Shown here in pieces: positions 46,329 to 56,705 of a stretch of 64,000 nucleotides of DNA (the first letter of the stretch is position 1; every line of letters begins with the position of its first letter). A program made the translations under genes and the position numbers. The notes under the pieces are model-generated. The model saw only the letters and a program-made list of their open reading frames with translations, had not been told where the DNA came from and ran no database searches. The stretch is from Candidatus Pacearchaeota archaeon (GTDB lineage: Archaea > Nanobdellota > Nanobdellia > Pacearchaeales > GW2011-AR1), in contig JAGVWS010000033.1 of NCBI GenBank assembly GCA_018304165.1, forward strand, positions 60 through 64,059, written 5' to 3'.

Positions 46329-47839
46329 TAAAATTTTCTCTTAGAGTTTGGATTCTGATCATTGCTCTTGCCCTGTCTTTATTGGCAATTTCTCCCAGCT
46401 TTTCTGATGGGGTGATTATTAAGAGTGTTGAGAAAAACTCTTCTTCCTATGATGAGGGTCTTCGTCCTGGCATGATTATCAAGTCTGTTAATGGAGCCCT
46501 TATATCCAACATGGCAGATTATTCTGATGTTCTAAGGGAAATTTTTAATGATAGTTTTGAGAAGAAAGTTTCTGTTAATACTGATAAAGGGGCATTCATC
46601 ATTTTTAGTGCCAGTGAGCCTAACATCACTATTGGTGACAAGCCTAAAACTAAGCTTAAAATGGGTTTGGATCTTCTGGGCGGAGCGAGGGCTCTTGTTC
46701 AGCCCGAAGGGGTTCTTTCCAATCAGGAATTGACTGATTTGATTGATGTTACAAGCAACAGATTGAACATTTTTGGTCTTAGTGATGTGACCATAAGGCC
46801 GGTTACTGATATTTCTGGAAATAAATACATGCTTATTGAAATTGCGGGGGCTACTCCTTCGGATATCAGGGACCTAGTTGCTAAGCAGGGGAAGTTTGAG
46901 GCCAAGATTGGTAATGATACTGTGTTTAGGGGGGGTGAGGAGGATATAAAGGAGGTCTGCCGTTTTGATGCTACTTGTTCCGGAATCAGGTCTTGCAGTC
47001 CTCAACCAGATGGTACTACTGTTTGTCAATTCGCATTCGTGGTATATCTCTCTCCTGAAGCTGCTCAGAGGCATGCCAACATTACATCTAAACTCAAGCT
47101 GGATCCTGGCCAGGGGGGAAGATATCTTGATAAGAAGCTCGACTTATTAATTGATGATGTCCTTACTGATTCTTTATTGATAAGTGAAGGATTGAAAGGC
47201 CAGGTAACAACCGAAATCAGCGTTCAGGGTTCCGGCGTTGGTGCTAATCAGGAGGAAGCATTCCAGTCAGCTACCGAGTCAATGAACAAGCTTCAGACTA
47301 TAATGATTACCGGAAGTCTTCCTTATAAAATAAATATTGTAAAACTTGACAGTCTTTCGCCAAATCTTGGTCATGAATTCACAAAGAATATTCTTCTCTT
47401 GGGGTTGATGGTCTTCGCGATAGTTTCTTTAATCATATTCATAAGATATAGAAAGATTAAAATTACTCTGTCAGTTATTCTTACGATGTTTTCCGAGGCT
47501 TTCATAACTCTTGGCGTTGCTGCTCTTATTGGCTGGAATCTTGACGCTCCAAGCATTGCCGGAATAATCGCCGGAATTGGTACTGGTGTCAATGACCAGA
47601 TAATTATTCTTGCAGAATCGACAAGCCGGGGCCAAAGGAGCATTAAAGAAAGGATTAGGAGTGCTTTATTCGTAATTTTTGCTGCTTTCTCAACGATTGT
47701 TGTTGCCATGATACCTCTGTTCTGGACTGGTGCCGGCCTTCTGAAAGGATTTGCGTTCACAACAATTGTCAGCATCAGCATAGGAATTTTGATAACGAGG
47801 CCGGCCTTTGCAGACATAATAAAAAAGATGGAGTCATAA
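46325..47839 (+). CDS. secD: Protein translocase subunit SecD (with PDZ-like insert)
   Basis: LKMGLDLLGG, RLNIFGLSD, GSLP, IAGIGTGVNDQIII, ITRPAF. Confidence 0.92.
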   Translation: MIKFSLRVWILIIALALSLLAISPSFSDGVIIKSVEKNSSSYDEGLRPGMIIKSVNGALISNMADYSDVLREIFNDSFEKKVSVNTDKGAFIIFSASEPNITIGDKPKTKLKMGLDLLGGARALVQPEGVLSNQELTDLIDVTSNRLNIFGLSDVTIRPVTDISGNKYMLIEIAGATPSDIRDLVAKQGKFEAKIGNDTVFRGGEEDIKEVCRFDATCSGIRSCSPQPDGTTVCQFAFVVYLSPEAAQRHANITSKLKLDPGQGGRYLDKKLDLLIDDVLTDSLLISEGLKGQVTTEISVQGSGVGANQEEAFQSATESMNKLQTIMITGSLPYKINIVKLDSLSPNLGHEFTKNILLLGLMVFAIVSLIIFIRYRKIKITLSVILTMFSEAFITLGVAALIGWNLDAPSIAGIIAGIGTGVNDQIIILAESTSRGQRSIKERIRSALFVIFAAFSTIVVAMIPLFWTGAGLLKGFAFTTIVSISIGILITRPAFADIIKKMES

Positions 47840-47874
47840 AAAGATGGAGTCATAAACACAAGTTCAATTTTAAA

Positions 47875-48336
47875 ATGCTTCCGAAATACCACCTTCTCTA
47901 TGGAGCTATTTTTGCATCTGTCCTGCTTGCCGTTTTTCCGCAGATTACTTTAGTTGGAGCTATTGTAATCCTTGCTTCAACTTTTTTCATAGATGGCGAT
48001 CATTATCTTGTCTATGTTTTCAGGAAGAGAGATATAAGTTTGAGAAATGCCCTGAATTATTACATGGAAATAAGGAGGAAGTATGGCCTGACGCATAAGA
48101 AAGGGGTGAAGATGCCCCTTCTTTACTTCCATATTGGTGAAGCAGTAATTCTTGCTGCTATCCTTTCTTTAAGATATGAACTCTTCCTGTGGATTTTAAT
48201 AGGTTTTTTATTCCATATCTTTTTGGATTTCATAGACATGAAGAGGCTTGGTGTTTTAGGCCAGAGAGATTACTTTGCTCTGCAGAGATTTATGAGAAAA
48301 AGATTTTCTAAGAAAGACTATTACAAGTATGTTTGA
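47875..48336 (+). CDS. Membrane-bound metal-dependent hydrolase-like protein
   Basis: H, IDGDH, FH, FHIFLD motifs in TM segments. Confidence 0.65.
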   Translation: MLPKYHLLYGAIFASVLLAVFPQITLVGAIVILASTFFIDGDHYLVYVFRKRDISLRNALNYYMEIRRKYGLTHKKGVKMPLLYFHIGEAVILAAILSLRYELFLWILIGFLFHIFLDFIDMKRLGVLGQRDYFALQRFMRKRFSKKDYYKYV

Positions 48337-48763
48337 TAAGGGGATTAGTAAAATTTGATAGCCATGATAATTATTAAACAAATATGTTTTACGTTATAAT
48401 TGATTATTAAACTTTGATAGCCATGATAATTATTAAACAAATCTGCAATAATCATAAAATAATGGTGCAGTTCAGAATTTGGTGAGCAGTGTAAATTCAC
48501 ACTAAGTTTTGATATAACTATTATTAATAGCTTTTATGCTCACTATAAACAACTATCTTAATATTAATTAATATGTCGGACACTTGCATGCGGCTTATGT
48601 CTGTGTTTTACAGTTATCAGTTAATTATTCTTGGTTCTAACAGTCTATCCGCATAGGTTTAGTTATAGGCAACTTGTTAAGGGCAAAACAACCTAACCTA
48701 TGCCTATAATGACAGATTCTAAGGTAACTTATTGGTCTGTTATTGCTATAATCCCCCAGAACC

Positions 48764-50218
48764 TTAATCAACAATCCTGTAACTATCAAACCTTTCCTTT
48801 AGCTTATTCCAATTCTCCGGATTCTCCCCGCTGATTATATGCTCATAAGTGCGGAGAGCCATGTCCCATGAATGGTCTGTATTGTTGTAATTAAACCTTC
48901 CCGGCCTCCCGATTGTGTACAATCCTTTTATCGAATCGCAGTAATTTAATACTGCATTTAAAGGCTCTAAAAAGCCCCTTAGATAAACAGGGTATACTCT
49001 TGGGCCTGTTTTAACAATATACTCCTGAATTTCTTTCCTGCTTTTTAATATTCCTGCTTCTTCCAGCTGCTTAAAAATTAAATCTATATTCTCCTTAGTC
49101 GGCTCTTTTGTAGTTTCAACCATCAATCCTGTTTTTCCCGGAGGACATGTCAGTTTAGAGAAAGCTTTCTGCTCGCTTACTCTTTGAAACAGGAATTCCT
49201 TTTCAGGAAAGAACACCCAGCAGTCTTCCATTGCGCGCTCTTTATTTAAAATAATGTAAATTATGCTGACAGGACGGTAAGTTAAATTAAGTGTTGCTTC
49301 TCTAGCCCTTGAATACTCTGAACCATTATCTTTAACTATGCCAAGAAGATAATCAAGGTAGATGGTAGATATAACATAGTCCGGCTTGAGCTTTACTTTC
49401 TTTATTTTTACGTAATTTATTTTTTTATCTGTTACATTAATCTCTGAAATTTCTGTTTCCAGAAGGACCTGCCCGCCATTTTTTTCTATATTCTTAACTA
49501 AGTCTTCAGCAATCTGCTTCATCCCATGGGGAGGATAATGAAAAAACTGGGCTGAAAACTTGGAGCTGTCGCCAAAAACTGCTCCTTTAATGAGTTGGAA
49601 GATGTTGGAAACTGCAACTCTTCTTATAGCAAGCTCCCTGTCAAGGTTGCCTGCTTCAGTGTTCCATACTTTTTCAGCATAGCCTTTAAAAGAAAGATTA
49701 TAAAGAGTTCTTCCAAATCTGTTTGTCAGGTAATTCTCGTAAGAATCATCTGGCCGCCTGCTTATCAATTTTCCCGCAATGTCCAGCATCGCTCTTGCGG
49801 CAATGACAGGCATCTTTGTCATTATTTGTGACATTTTAAGGGGAAATTCAAAGTAATTATTGCGCAGGTAAATTCTGTTTTTCTTTTTTACTTTAAGGAG
49901 AGGCGTAACTTTATCCATTTCTTCAAGAATTCCCTGCAGAATAGTGTATATTTTGTGCGGGCCAAAATCAAAATGAAATCCCTTGTAGTCAAAACCCCTT
50001 GCCAATCCGCCGACATAATCCTGCCTTTCAACAACGAAAACTTCATATTCTGGATTCTGCGAAAAGTAGTATCCAGCAGCAAGTCCCGCAATTCCTGCTC
50101 CAATAATAACAACTTTCTTTTTATTCTTAACAGTAGATTCTTTAGCAACCATTTTATTCTTAACAGTAGATTCTTTAGCAACCATTTTATTCTTAACAGT
50201 AGATTCTTTAGCAACCAT
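48764..50218 (-). CDS. FAD-dependent oxidoreductase (HemY / UDP-galactopyranose mutase-like)
   Basis: IIGAGIAGL, VGGLAR, FDFGPH, GRPGRFNYNNTDHS; N-terminus MVAKESTVKNK x3. Confidence 0.85.
   Translation of the reverse strand: MVAKESTVKNKMVAKESTVKNKMVAKESTVKNKKKVVIIGAGIAGLAAGYYFSQNPEYEVFVVERQDYVGGLARGFDYKGFHFDFGPHKIYTILQGILEEMDKVTPLLKVKKKNRIYLRNNYFEFPLKMSQIMTKMPVIAARAMLDIAGKLISRRPDDSYENYLTNRFGRTLYNLSFKGYAEKVWNTEAGNLDRELAIRRVAVSNIFQLIKGAVFGDSSKFSAQFFHYPPHGMKQIAEDLVKNIEKNGGQVLLETEISEINVTDKKINYVKIKKVKLKPDYVISTIYLDYLLGIVKDNGSEYSRAREATLNLTYRPVSIIYIILNKERAMEDCWVFFPEKEFLFQRVSEQKAFSKLTCPPGKTGLMVETTKEPTKENIDLIFKQLEEAGILKSRKEIQEYIVKTGPRVYPVYLRGFLEPLNAVLNYCDSIKGLYTIGRPGRFNYNNTDHSWDMALRTYEHIISGENPENWNKLKERFDSYRIVD
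50119..50218. repeat. In-frame triplication of gene start, 3 x 33 bp
   Basis: TTTTATTCTTAACAGTAGATTCTTTAGCAACCA x3, perfect. Confidence 0.95.
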
Positions 50219-50395
50219 TATCAGAACATGAAATTCAGAGTTTATTTAAAGATTTGTTTACTTGATTGCTCAGTTGCCCAATGATTTATTATAACTTGTA
50301 CTGGCAACTATTAGCGGACCATTTCTATTATAAATTTACCAAACATCAATCAATTATTATATGCTTAACTATATTACTAAACATTAATCCAAACA

Positions 50396-51100
50396 TCAAT
50401 CAATTATCCTGTACTTAATTAATGTCCACACGGCTTCCAAGCCATCGCGCCAGTTTATCTTCTTTCCCTCGGCGACAGTTCTTGGATGATAGCTTATTGG
50501 AACCTCAAGAATCTTATAGCCTTTTTTGAGGACTTTTGCAGTAACTTCGGGGCAGAATTCAAAGCGGTTGGATTTTAAATCAAGGGATTTTAGAACTTTA
50601 GCATCAAAAGTCTTGTAACATGTTGGCTCGTCGGTGATGTTGGCGTCGTAGAGGAGATTAGCCAGAAAAGTTAAAACTCTGTTTCCAATGAAGAACTTAT
50701 TCAATAAAGAAGGCATTTTCTTTGTCTTTGGAAACCTTGTTCCGTAAACAACCTTTGAGCTTCCTTCCAATATGGGCCTGACAAGTTTATAATAGTCCTG
50801 CGGATCATACTCCAAATCTGCATCCTGAATTATAATAATATCCCCTCTGGCCTCTTTAATCCCTCTCCTGACAGAATAGCTCTTCCCCACATTCTTCCTG
50901 TTCAAAAATATTCTTATATCACTCTCCTTAATGCCCTTCAAAATCTCTCTTGTTGAGTCTTTAGAGCCGTCATCAATGATTATTATCTCTTTTGGAATTT
51001 TTACTGCCTTGACTTTTTTTATTATTTCTTTTATTGTTTTTTCTTCGTTGTAAGCGGGCATCACAACCGAGAGCTTTATACTGCGGGACTTCTTGTTCAT
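50396..51100 (-). CDS. GT2 glycosyltransferase (Dol-P-sugar synthase-like)
   Basis: SVVMPAYNE, IDDGSKD, QDADLEYDP, VVYGTRF, EGKKINWRDG. Confidence 0.92.
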   Translation of the reverse strand: MNKKSRSIKLSVVMPAYNEEKTIKEIIKKVKAVKIPKEIIIIDDGSKDSTREILKGIKESDIRIFLNRKNVGKSYSVRRGIKEARGDIIIIQDADLEYDPQDYYKLVRPILEGSSKVVYGTRFPKTKKMPSLLNKFFIGNRVLTFLANLLYDANITDEPTCYKTFDAKVLKSLDLKSNRFEFCPEVTAKVLKKGYKILEVPISYHPRTVAEGKKINWRDGLEAVWTLIKYRIID

Positions 51101-51156
51101 AAGAAGAATTGTAGAGGAGCATATTTAAAATTTGCCTTAAGAGATTATAGAATGAA

Positions 51157-51426
51157 TTATAAGGAGTCTTGGGTTAACTCTACAGTTCCGTGCTTGAGTC
51201 TGCACTGGCAGGAAAGCCTCTTACCGCCTTTTAAATCAATTCCCATAACCTTTTCTGCCTCTGTTGGAGGGGTAAGATTTTCTTTTCCTTTAACCACTCT
51301 TACTTCACAAGTTCCGCAAACCCCCTCCTGACAGGCTATTAAAATTCCCAATGATTCGCAGGTTTCCCTAATCTCGCTGCCATCAGCAACTTCCGCACTG
51401 CTGCTGCCAATTTTTACAAAGCCCAT
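51157..51426 (-). CDS. [2Fe-2S] ferredoxin
   Basis: CQEGVCGTC...RLSCQ. Confidence 0.92.
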   Translation of the reverse strand: MGFVKIGSSSAEVADGSEIRETCESLGILIACQEGVCGTCEVRVVKGKENLTPPTEAEKVMGIDLKGGKRLSCQCRLKHGTVELTQDSL

Positions 51427-51578
51427 TGCAGGAAAAAAATAACAGAGTATAAAAGGTTTACTAAAATCTGGACTGGTGATCAGAGGATTTCACCAGCGCT
51501 TCATTTCCAGATCTAAAACAATTCCAACAATTTTCTGTATCATTTGTGTTCAAAATTACGCCAATTTTCATAGTTAGT

Positions 51579-51974
51579 CTAACTCGCATTATTCACCATT
51601 TCAATTACATCTTTTTCAACTTGTTCGGCTTCCTTCCTGTCTACTTCTGGAAAGAATTGAGAAATCATGGTCGGTTTCATTCCAACAATTTTTACTTTTT
51701 TGTATTCCTCCAGAACATTAATTTTACATGGCATGCAGAGAGAGATAAGCCTATTCTTGTTCAAAAATTGGTTAGCATATTTTCCAGAGCATATCTCAAT
51801 AATTTTTAGCGGTTTTTGACTAAATCCTTTAGCAGCCAGCCTTTCCTTTACATCATAAATCTGAAATAATGCCCAGCCTTTTTGCTCAACGGCCTTCAAA
51901 ACTGAAACAACCGCATCATCAAAACTCTTTTTTGTTTCAACAATGTATGCGAAATCATCAGTTTTCATTATCAT
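51579..51974 (-). CDS. DUF302 family protein
   Basis: IIEIC, LCMPCKINV, MKPT. Confidence 0.85.
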   Translation of the reverse strand: MIMKTDDFAYIVETKKSFDDAVVSVLKAVEQKGWALFQIYDVKERLAAKGFSQKPLKIIEICSGKYANQFLNKNRLISLCMPCKINVLEEYKKVKIVGMKPTMISQFFPEVDRKEAEQVEKDVIEMVNNAS

Positions 51975-51977
51975 ACC

Positions 51978-52277
51978 TCACTTCAGTTCTTTTTTCATTT
52001 CTTCATATTGCTTCTTCTTTATTTCTCCTGATGCATACCTTTTTTTGAGTATGTTTAATGAATCTTCCTCTTTCTTGCCTGACTGAGCCGCATTGATAAG
52101 AGTAACAACCAGCCATATTAACACTCCCCAAAAAAGCAGCATAAAAAGGAATCCGAATCCCATTCCAAATCCCATCATGCCGTAGCTACCCATTCCAAAA
52201 CTGCCAAATAAGAGCAGTACTGCTACTGCAACAAGAACTAATACCCAAACATTTTTGTTTTCTTCCATAAATATCAC
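51978..52277 (-). CDS. SHOCT-domain membrane protein
   Basis: G/M-rich TM region, ILKKRYASGEIKKKQYEEMK. Confidence 0.85.
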   Translation of the reverse strand: MIFMEENKNVWVLVLVAVAVLLLFGSFGMGSYGMMGFGMGFGFLFMLLFWGVLIWLVVTLINAAQSGKKEEDSLNILKKRYASGEIKKKQYEEMKKELK

Positions 52278-52855
52278 TCCCCAAACTCCTTTTTCATGTC
52301 TTCAAACTCTTTTTTTGTTATTTCTCCTTTAATAAATCTCTTTTTCAGAATATTGAGAGGCGTCTTAGAGGCAGTATTTCTTATCCAAAATCTAGGAGTA
52401 ATCCACACTATTAAAAAAATGACTGCTGCAAAAAGCAATATCCAGAAAATGTTCCAATAACCATAATTGCTATAAGCATAACTAGTTGGGTAAATGCCCA
52501 TCATTCCTCTACCCATCATATTCATCATGCCTCCAGAACCCATCATTCCATAGCTGATATAGACATTATCATTACAGTAAATCCTTTTTGCCATGTTGAT
52601 ATGCACTTGTTTCAAGGATTCAGAGCCTTCTCCGCCCATCATGTTGTCCATAATTTCATGGGCTTCTCCGGGATGCATTTGCTCCATGTAATAATCCCCA
52701 ATAGCCTCAAGTTGTTCATTACTTAGCTTGTTGCAGCTTATCTTGCTTTCCACAAGCTTCTTGCCTTCCTCAATTTCATTATTATGGCCTTCTTGCGCCA
52801 AAACTGCAGCAGTGCTCAACAAAAATATTGCTAAAATCAATATAGTCTTTTTCAT
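52274..52855 (-). CDS. SHOCT-domain membrane protein with His/Met-rich extracellular part
   Basis: MEQMHPGEAHEIMDNMMGGEGS, ILKKRFIKGEITKKEFEDMK. Confidence 0.8.
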   Translation of the reverse strand: MKKTILILAIFLLSTAAVLAQEGHNNEIEEGKKLVESKISCNKLSNEQLEAIGDYYMEQMHPGEAHEIMDNMMGGEGSESLKQVHINMAKRIYCNDNVYISYGMMGSGGMMNMMGRGMMGIYPTSYAYSNYGYWNIFWILLFAAVIFLIVWITPRFWIRNTASKTPLNILKKRFIKGEITKKEFEDMKKEFGE

Positions 52856-52864
52856 GGTTTCACT

Positions 52865-53164
52865 TTAGAGCATCCTACTCCTCAATCTTTCGCTTAACAC
52901 TTCCTTTATTATATCAAAAGCTTTGATGATTTTCGGATTTATGAGTTTGTAATAGACATTCTTGCCCTTCCTATTTGATATAACAATACCTTTGGACTTC
53001 ATAATTGACAAATGCTGGGAAATATTGGCTTGGCTTAATTTTGTTTTTTCAATAAGTTCTGTTACTGACATTTCTTTATCTTTCAAAAGATTCAATATTT
53101 CTAATCTTGTAGGATTTGAGAATGTCTTACATAATTCAGCGTGTATTTTGTATAATTCCTTCAT
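52865..53164 (-). CDS. ArsR/SmtB family transcriptional regulator
   Basis: FSNPTRLEIL, SQANISQHL, RKGKNVYY. Confidence 0.92.
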   Translation of the reverse strand: MKELYKIHAELCKTFSNPTRLEILNLLKDKEMSVTELIEKTKLSQANISQHLSIMKSKGIVISNRKGKNVYYKLINPKIIKAFDIIKEVLSERLRSRML

Positions 53165-53422
53165 AATAACATATTAGAATATCATAATATTTAAATACTT
53201 TTCGGTTAAAAACTAAGGTGGGGCTTCCTAACAACTAACTGAAAACGAAAAAACGCTCGGGGGCAAACTCTGATTTTTTCCTGCAGAACGTTGCACTAAA
53301 AATCCAACTTCTGACAAGGGCAACTAACAGGAATTATACCCGACGCTAACCTTACAGCTCACTAAAATCCATATATAAGCCGGTAAATTCTTTTACATTA
53401 CTTATGAAATTAACCATGAGTG

Positions 53423-53639
53423 GAGTATCTCCGATGAATAGCATTATAGTCAATAGAAGTACAGTTATTAAGAAATAGAGCATGTTAATTAACCTTGAAA
53501 AGATGACATAGTATGATTATTATCAATGGTAAGTGCTATAAAACGCTTACTAATAATTATCAAGTCATATTCACATTAATTGTAAATTCGGGGGTTTATT
53601 GCTACTTATTACTAATTTATGGCTGTATCGGAGATACTC
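53423..53639. mobile_element. MITE-like element, 217 bp
   Basis: Perfect 13-bp TIR GAGTATCTCCGAT / ATCGGAGATACTC; homologous to 16154-16358. Confidence 0.75.
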
Positions 53640-53650
53640 AAATGAATGCC

Positions 53651-55435
53651 CTACTCCCTGATGCTCTTCTTAAGCATCCTGAATATGAGCACTATGCAAG
53701 CCAGTGCAATTATCAGGCTTGCCCAGATGATGAGCTTTGATATAAAAAAAAGCAAATTGTCAGGAATTCCTTTAACGCTGTAATTGTCAAGAACCTGTGA
53801 TTTAGGGGTATATCGTTCAGGATAGTAAAAGAAGCTGTGTGTTGAATCTATGACATTAACAATTCCCGGCTTGAGAGAGATTGTTGCAGAATAGATATTG
53901 AAGTATGGCTCTGAGCTGCTGCGTGTGCCTTCTCTCCTGCCATAGATGGTTTTTTCCAGCTGCATGTCTGGCTTTATGGAATCAAGCATTTTCTCTACAG
54001 ATTCATTCAGCTCCTTTCCGACAGTGCCCCATCCGCAGTCATCAATAACGCACTCTGCAAGGTATATCTTCTGGGGGATATTCTGCCCGGGAAGCTGCTC
54101 ATTGGTATTAAAAATATCCCCAAGATAGCTTGACTCAAGGTAATGCTTGTCAAGGAACATCCATGATATTCTTCCGCGATAAATCCTTGCATCAGCTATT
54201 ACAATAGAATTACTATCAACGTTTTCATTAACATAGCTTCTCATGGATGCAACAGCAGACTTTTGGGTTATGTATGGCCATGCAGAGTAGATGCTTGTTA
54301 AAGTAAAGATAATTAATATAATGGAGATGAGCGTCTTTGGCTTTACTTTAGAAGAATATTTATCTGACAGCCAGCCAATTAATCCTGCCGAGTAAACAGC
54401 GAATATTGGTGAAAAAATAGCAAAATGCGTTGTAAGCCTGTTAGTATACACTAACAGCAGGAAAGGTATCATTTGAAACAAAAGGAAAAAGACAGATAAC
54501 CTCTTTTTTCTGTAAACAAAGAACAACAAAGCTATGAGTCCTGCAATCAGGTTTAAAGGGTCTGTCTTTAAATAGTATTTTGATATCTCCCAGCTCCCCT
54601 TAATCAATTCGCCAACTTTGAATCCCTGGTTAATTCCCTGAATTGTGCTGTAAACCTCTCTTGACTTGCCAACATCAAAGTACTGCGCAAGGTAAGCGTC
54701 AACCATCCCTGAATCCTTGTACCAAAGGTAGTTATGGACGATTACTGGGGAGAAAACGAGAAGAATTATTAATACAAATTTAGCTACATTAATAATCTCT
54801 TCTTTCCTGAAAAGCTTCTTCCTGTGCATCCAATAACCAATCAGGAATACCGGAATAAAGAACAGCGTTAGAGTCTTAATTAATGCTGCAACTCCAAGAA
54901 GAACTGCGGACATCTTGGACATTTTTCCGCTGGATTTTAATTCTCTGATAAATGTAAATGCTGCAAGAAGGATGAAGAAAATTGCGGGAATATCCATTTC
55001 TATCATTGTATAAATCACATGGTAGGATGATATTGCCAGAAGGAATGATGCTATAATAGCTGTTTTGTTGCTGTTAAACAGCTCCTTTGCAATAAGAAAT
55101 ACTAAAATTATTGTGAGGCTGCCAAAAAGAAAGGAAAGGAATCTCGTGCTGAACATGCTTATCCCGAGAATAATCTGAAATAAGTCAGTCATGTAAGACC
55201 AAAGGACCGACTGCCAAACCCTTCCTATAACTCCTGCCTGAATAATGCCTGACGCATGGGGTCCATGAACCATCTCGTCAGCGTTTGGCTCAACTCCTAC
55301 GGCTGCAAAATATCTCAGGACAATCCCGAGCAGGAATATTAAAAGAATGATAACAAGAGTTTTGTTATTGAACGCCCAGTCTATTACGCTGCCAAGAGAA
55401 TCATTCTCTTTTTTGTTGCTATTTTCTTCAGCCAT
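53651..55435 (-). CDS. GT-C fold glycosyltransferase (ArnT/PMT-like)
   Basis: First-loop DE motif (NADEMVH), STRFLS, many TM helices. Confidence 0.8.
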   Translation of the reverse strand: MAEENSNKKENDSLGSVIDWAFNNKTLVIILLIFLLGIVLRYFAAVGVEPNADEMVHGPHASGIIQAGVIGRVWQSVLWSYMTDLFQIILGISMFSTRFLSFLFGSLTIILVFLIAKELFNSNKTAIIASFLLAISSYHVIYTMIEMDIPAIFFILLAAFTFIRELKSSGKMSKMSAVLLGVAALIKTLTLFFIPVFLIGYWMHRKKLFRKEEIINVAKFVLIILLVFSPVIVHNYLWYKDSGMVDAYLAQYFDVGKSREVYSTIQGINQGFKVGELIKGSWEISKYYLKTDPLNLIAGLIALLFFVYRKKRLSVFFLLFQMIPFLLLVYTNRLTTHFAIFSPIFAVYSAGLIGWLSDKYSSKVKPKTLISIILIIFTLTSIYSAWPYITQKSAVASMRSYVNENVDSNSIVIADARIYRGRISWMFLDKHYLESSYLGDIFNTNEQLPGQNIPQKIYLAECVIDDCGWGTVGKELNESVEKMLDSIKPDMQLEKTIYGRREGTRSSSEPYFNIYSATISLKPGIVNVIDSTHSFFYYPERYTPKSQVLDNYSVKGIPDNLLFFISKLIIWASLIIALACIVLIFRMLKKSIRE

Positions 55436-55508
55436 TCTGTTCTTTACAAAAAGTATTATAGAAGATAAAAGAAATAGCTATTATTAAACTTGGTGATTGA
55501 TGCAATTT

Positions 55509-55597
55509 AGCACCAATAAGTTACCTTAAAACCAATAATAATTAACTGATAAGCACCAATAAGTTACCTTAAAACCAATAATAATTAACTGATAAGC
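55509..55597. repeat. Tandem repeat 2 x 43 bp
   Basis: AGCACCAATAAGTTACCTTAAAACCAATAATAATTAACTGATA at 55509 and 55552. Confidence 0.9.
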
Positions 55598-55731
55598 TGT
55601 AAAACATTAACATAAGTTGCATGCAATTATCTGACATGTAGCTAATTAATGTTAAGAATGCCGTTTATAATGAGCATAAATGCTATTGATAATAGTTATA
55701 TCAAAACTTAGTGCGGAATTTAGCTAATCAC

Positions 55732-56535
55732 TTAAACTTTCTCAGCAACGCAAAAAACACTCAGGCCGAAGGGGGGCCTTACTATTGTCTCGCAGAGCTT
55801 GAAAACAGGCACTAAAGAGTTATAGAGCCCAAAAGTTCCCTTGGAGTAAATTCTCTTCTTCATCAGGACATTTATTACATACCATCCAAGAGCCCCTGGA
55901 AGATTGAAGTAATGCAGTCTTTTTATCTTAAAGCCGGCTTTCTTTATTCTTTGTGATATTTCTGATGTTGTATACCTCCTAAAATGCCCACCTTCATAGT
56001 CAAGAATTGAGTAGAGAAAGCCCATTGCAGGAACAATTATCAGGAATTTTCCACCCTTCTCTAAAATCCTGTAAGCATTGTCAAAGGCGGGCTGGTCATT
56101 CTTTATGTGCTCCAAGGTGTTCATTGTAATAATTGTATCAAACTTGTATTTTTTTATAGCATCTGCAGCTTTCTTATCCGTAGCATCCATGAGAATTGAT
56201 TTTACGTTGGGCTTGCCTTTAAACCGCTCATTGAATCTTCTTATATAATCCTCGGAATAATCGAGGCCCACAAGAAGTTCTTTGTCCAGGAAGAAGGCAG
56301 ATAAATTGCCATTGCCGCAGCCAAAGTCAAGAATTCTTTTGCCGGCATACTTCCTCATCAACCCTCCTATCCATTTGTAATAATTATCCATTGTTGACAG
56401 GATATCCATATTCTCAACTAAAGTTGAGTCAAACTTTGCTATTTTCTCGTATGCTTTAAGATTTGCTTCAGGCATGACACTCTTAGGTCTTAAGGATTTA
56501 AAAGCTTTTATGGCATAGAGTGATAAATTCTTCAC
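55732..56535 (-). CDS. Class I SAM-dependent methyltransferase (start uncertain)
   Basis: ILDFGCGNG, NTLEHI, GGHFRRY. Confidence 0.9.
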   Translation of the reverse strand: MKNLSLYAIKAFKSLRPKSVMPEANLKAYEKIAKFDSTLVENMDILSTMDNYYKWIGGLMRKYAGKRILDFGCGNGNLSAFFLDKELLVGLDYSEDYIRRFNERFKGKPNVKSILMDATDKKAADAIKKYKFDTIITMNTLEHIKNDQPAFDNAYRILEKGGKFLIIVPAMGFLYSILDYEGGHFRRYTTSEISQRIKKAGFKIKRLHYFNLPGALGWYVINVLMKKRIYSKGTFGLYNSLVPVFKLCETIVRPPFGLSVFCVAEKV

Positions 56536-56636
56536 AGAAATCAGGGAAGATTAATGATTGCTGCGAATATCTTTCACAGAAATCAGGGAAGATTAATATT
56601 TGCTGCGAATATCTTTCACAGAAATCAGGGAAGATT
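56531..56636. repeat. 42-bp tandem repeat (about 2.5 copies) over the methyltransferase start
   Basis: TTCACAGAAATCAGGGAAGATT at 56531, 56573, 56615. Confidence 0.9.
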
Positions 56637-56705
56637 GATGCATGCTAATCAAATTTCTCTCCTTTCTTGGAAGAGTTTAAAAACATAAAATCCTACTAGT
56701 GAATT

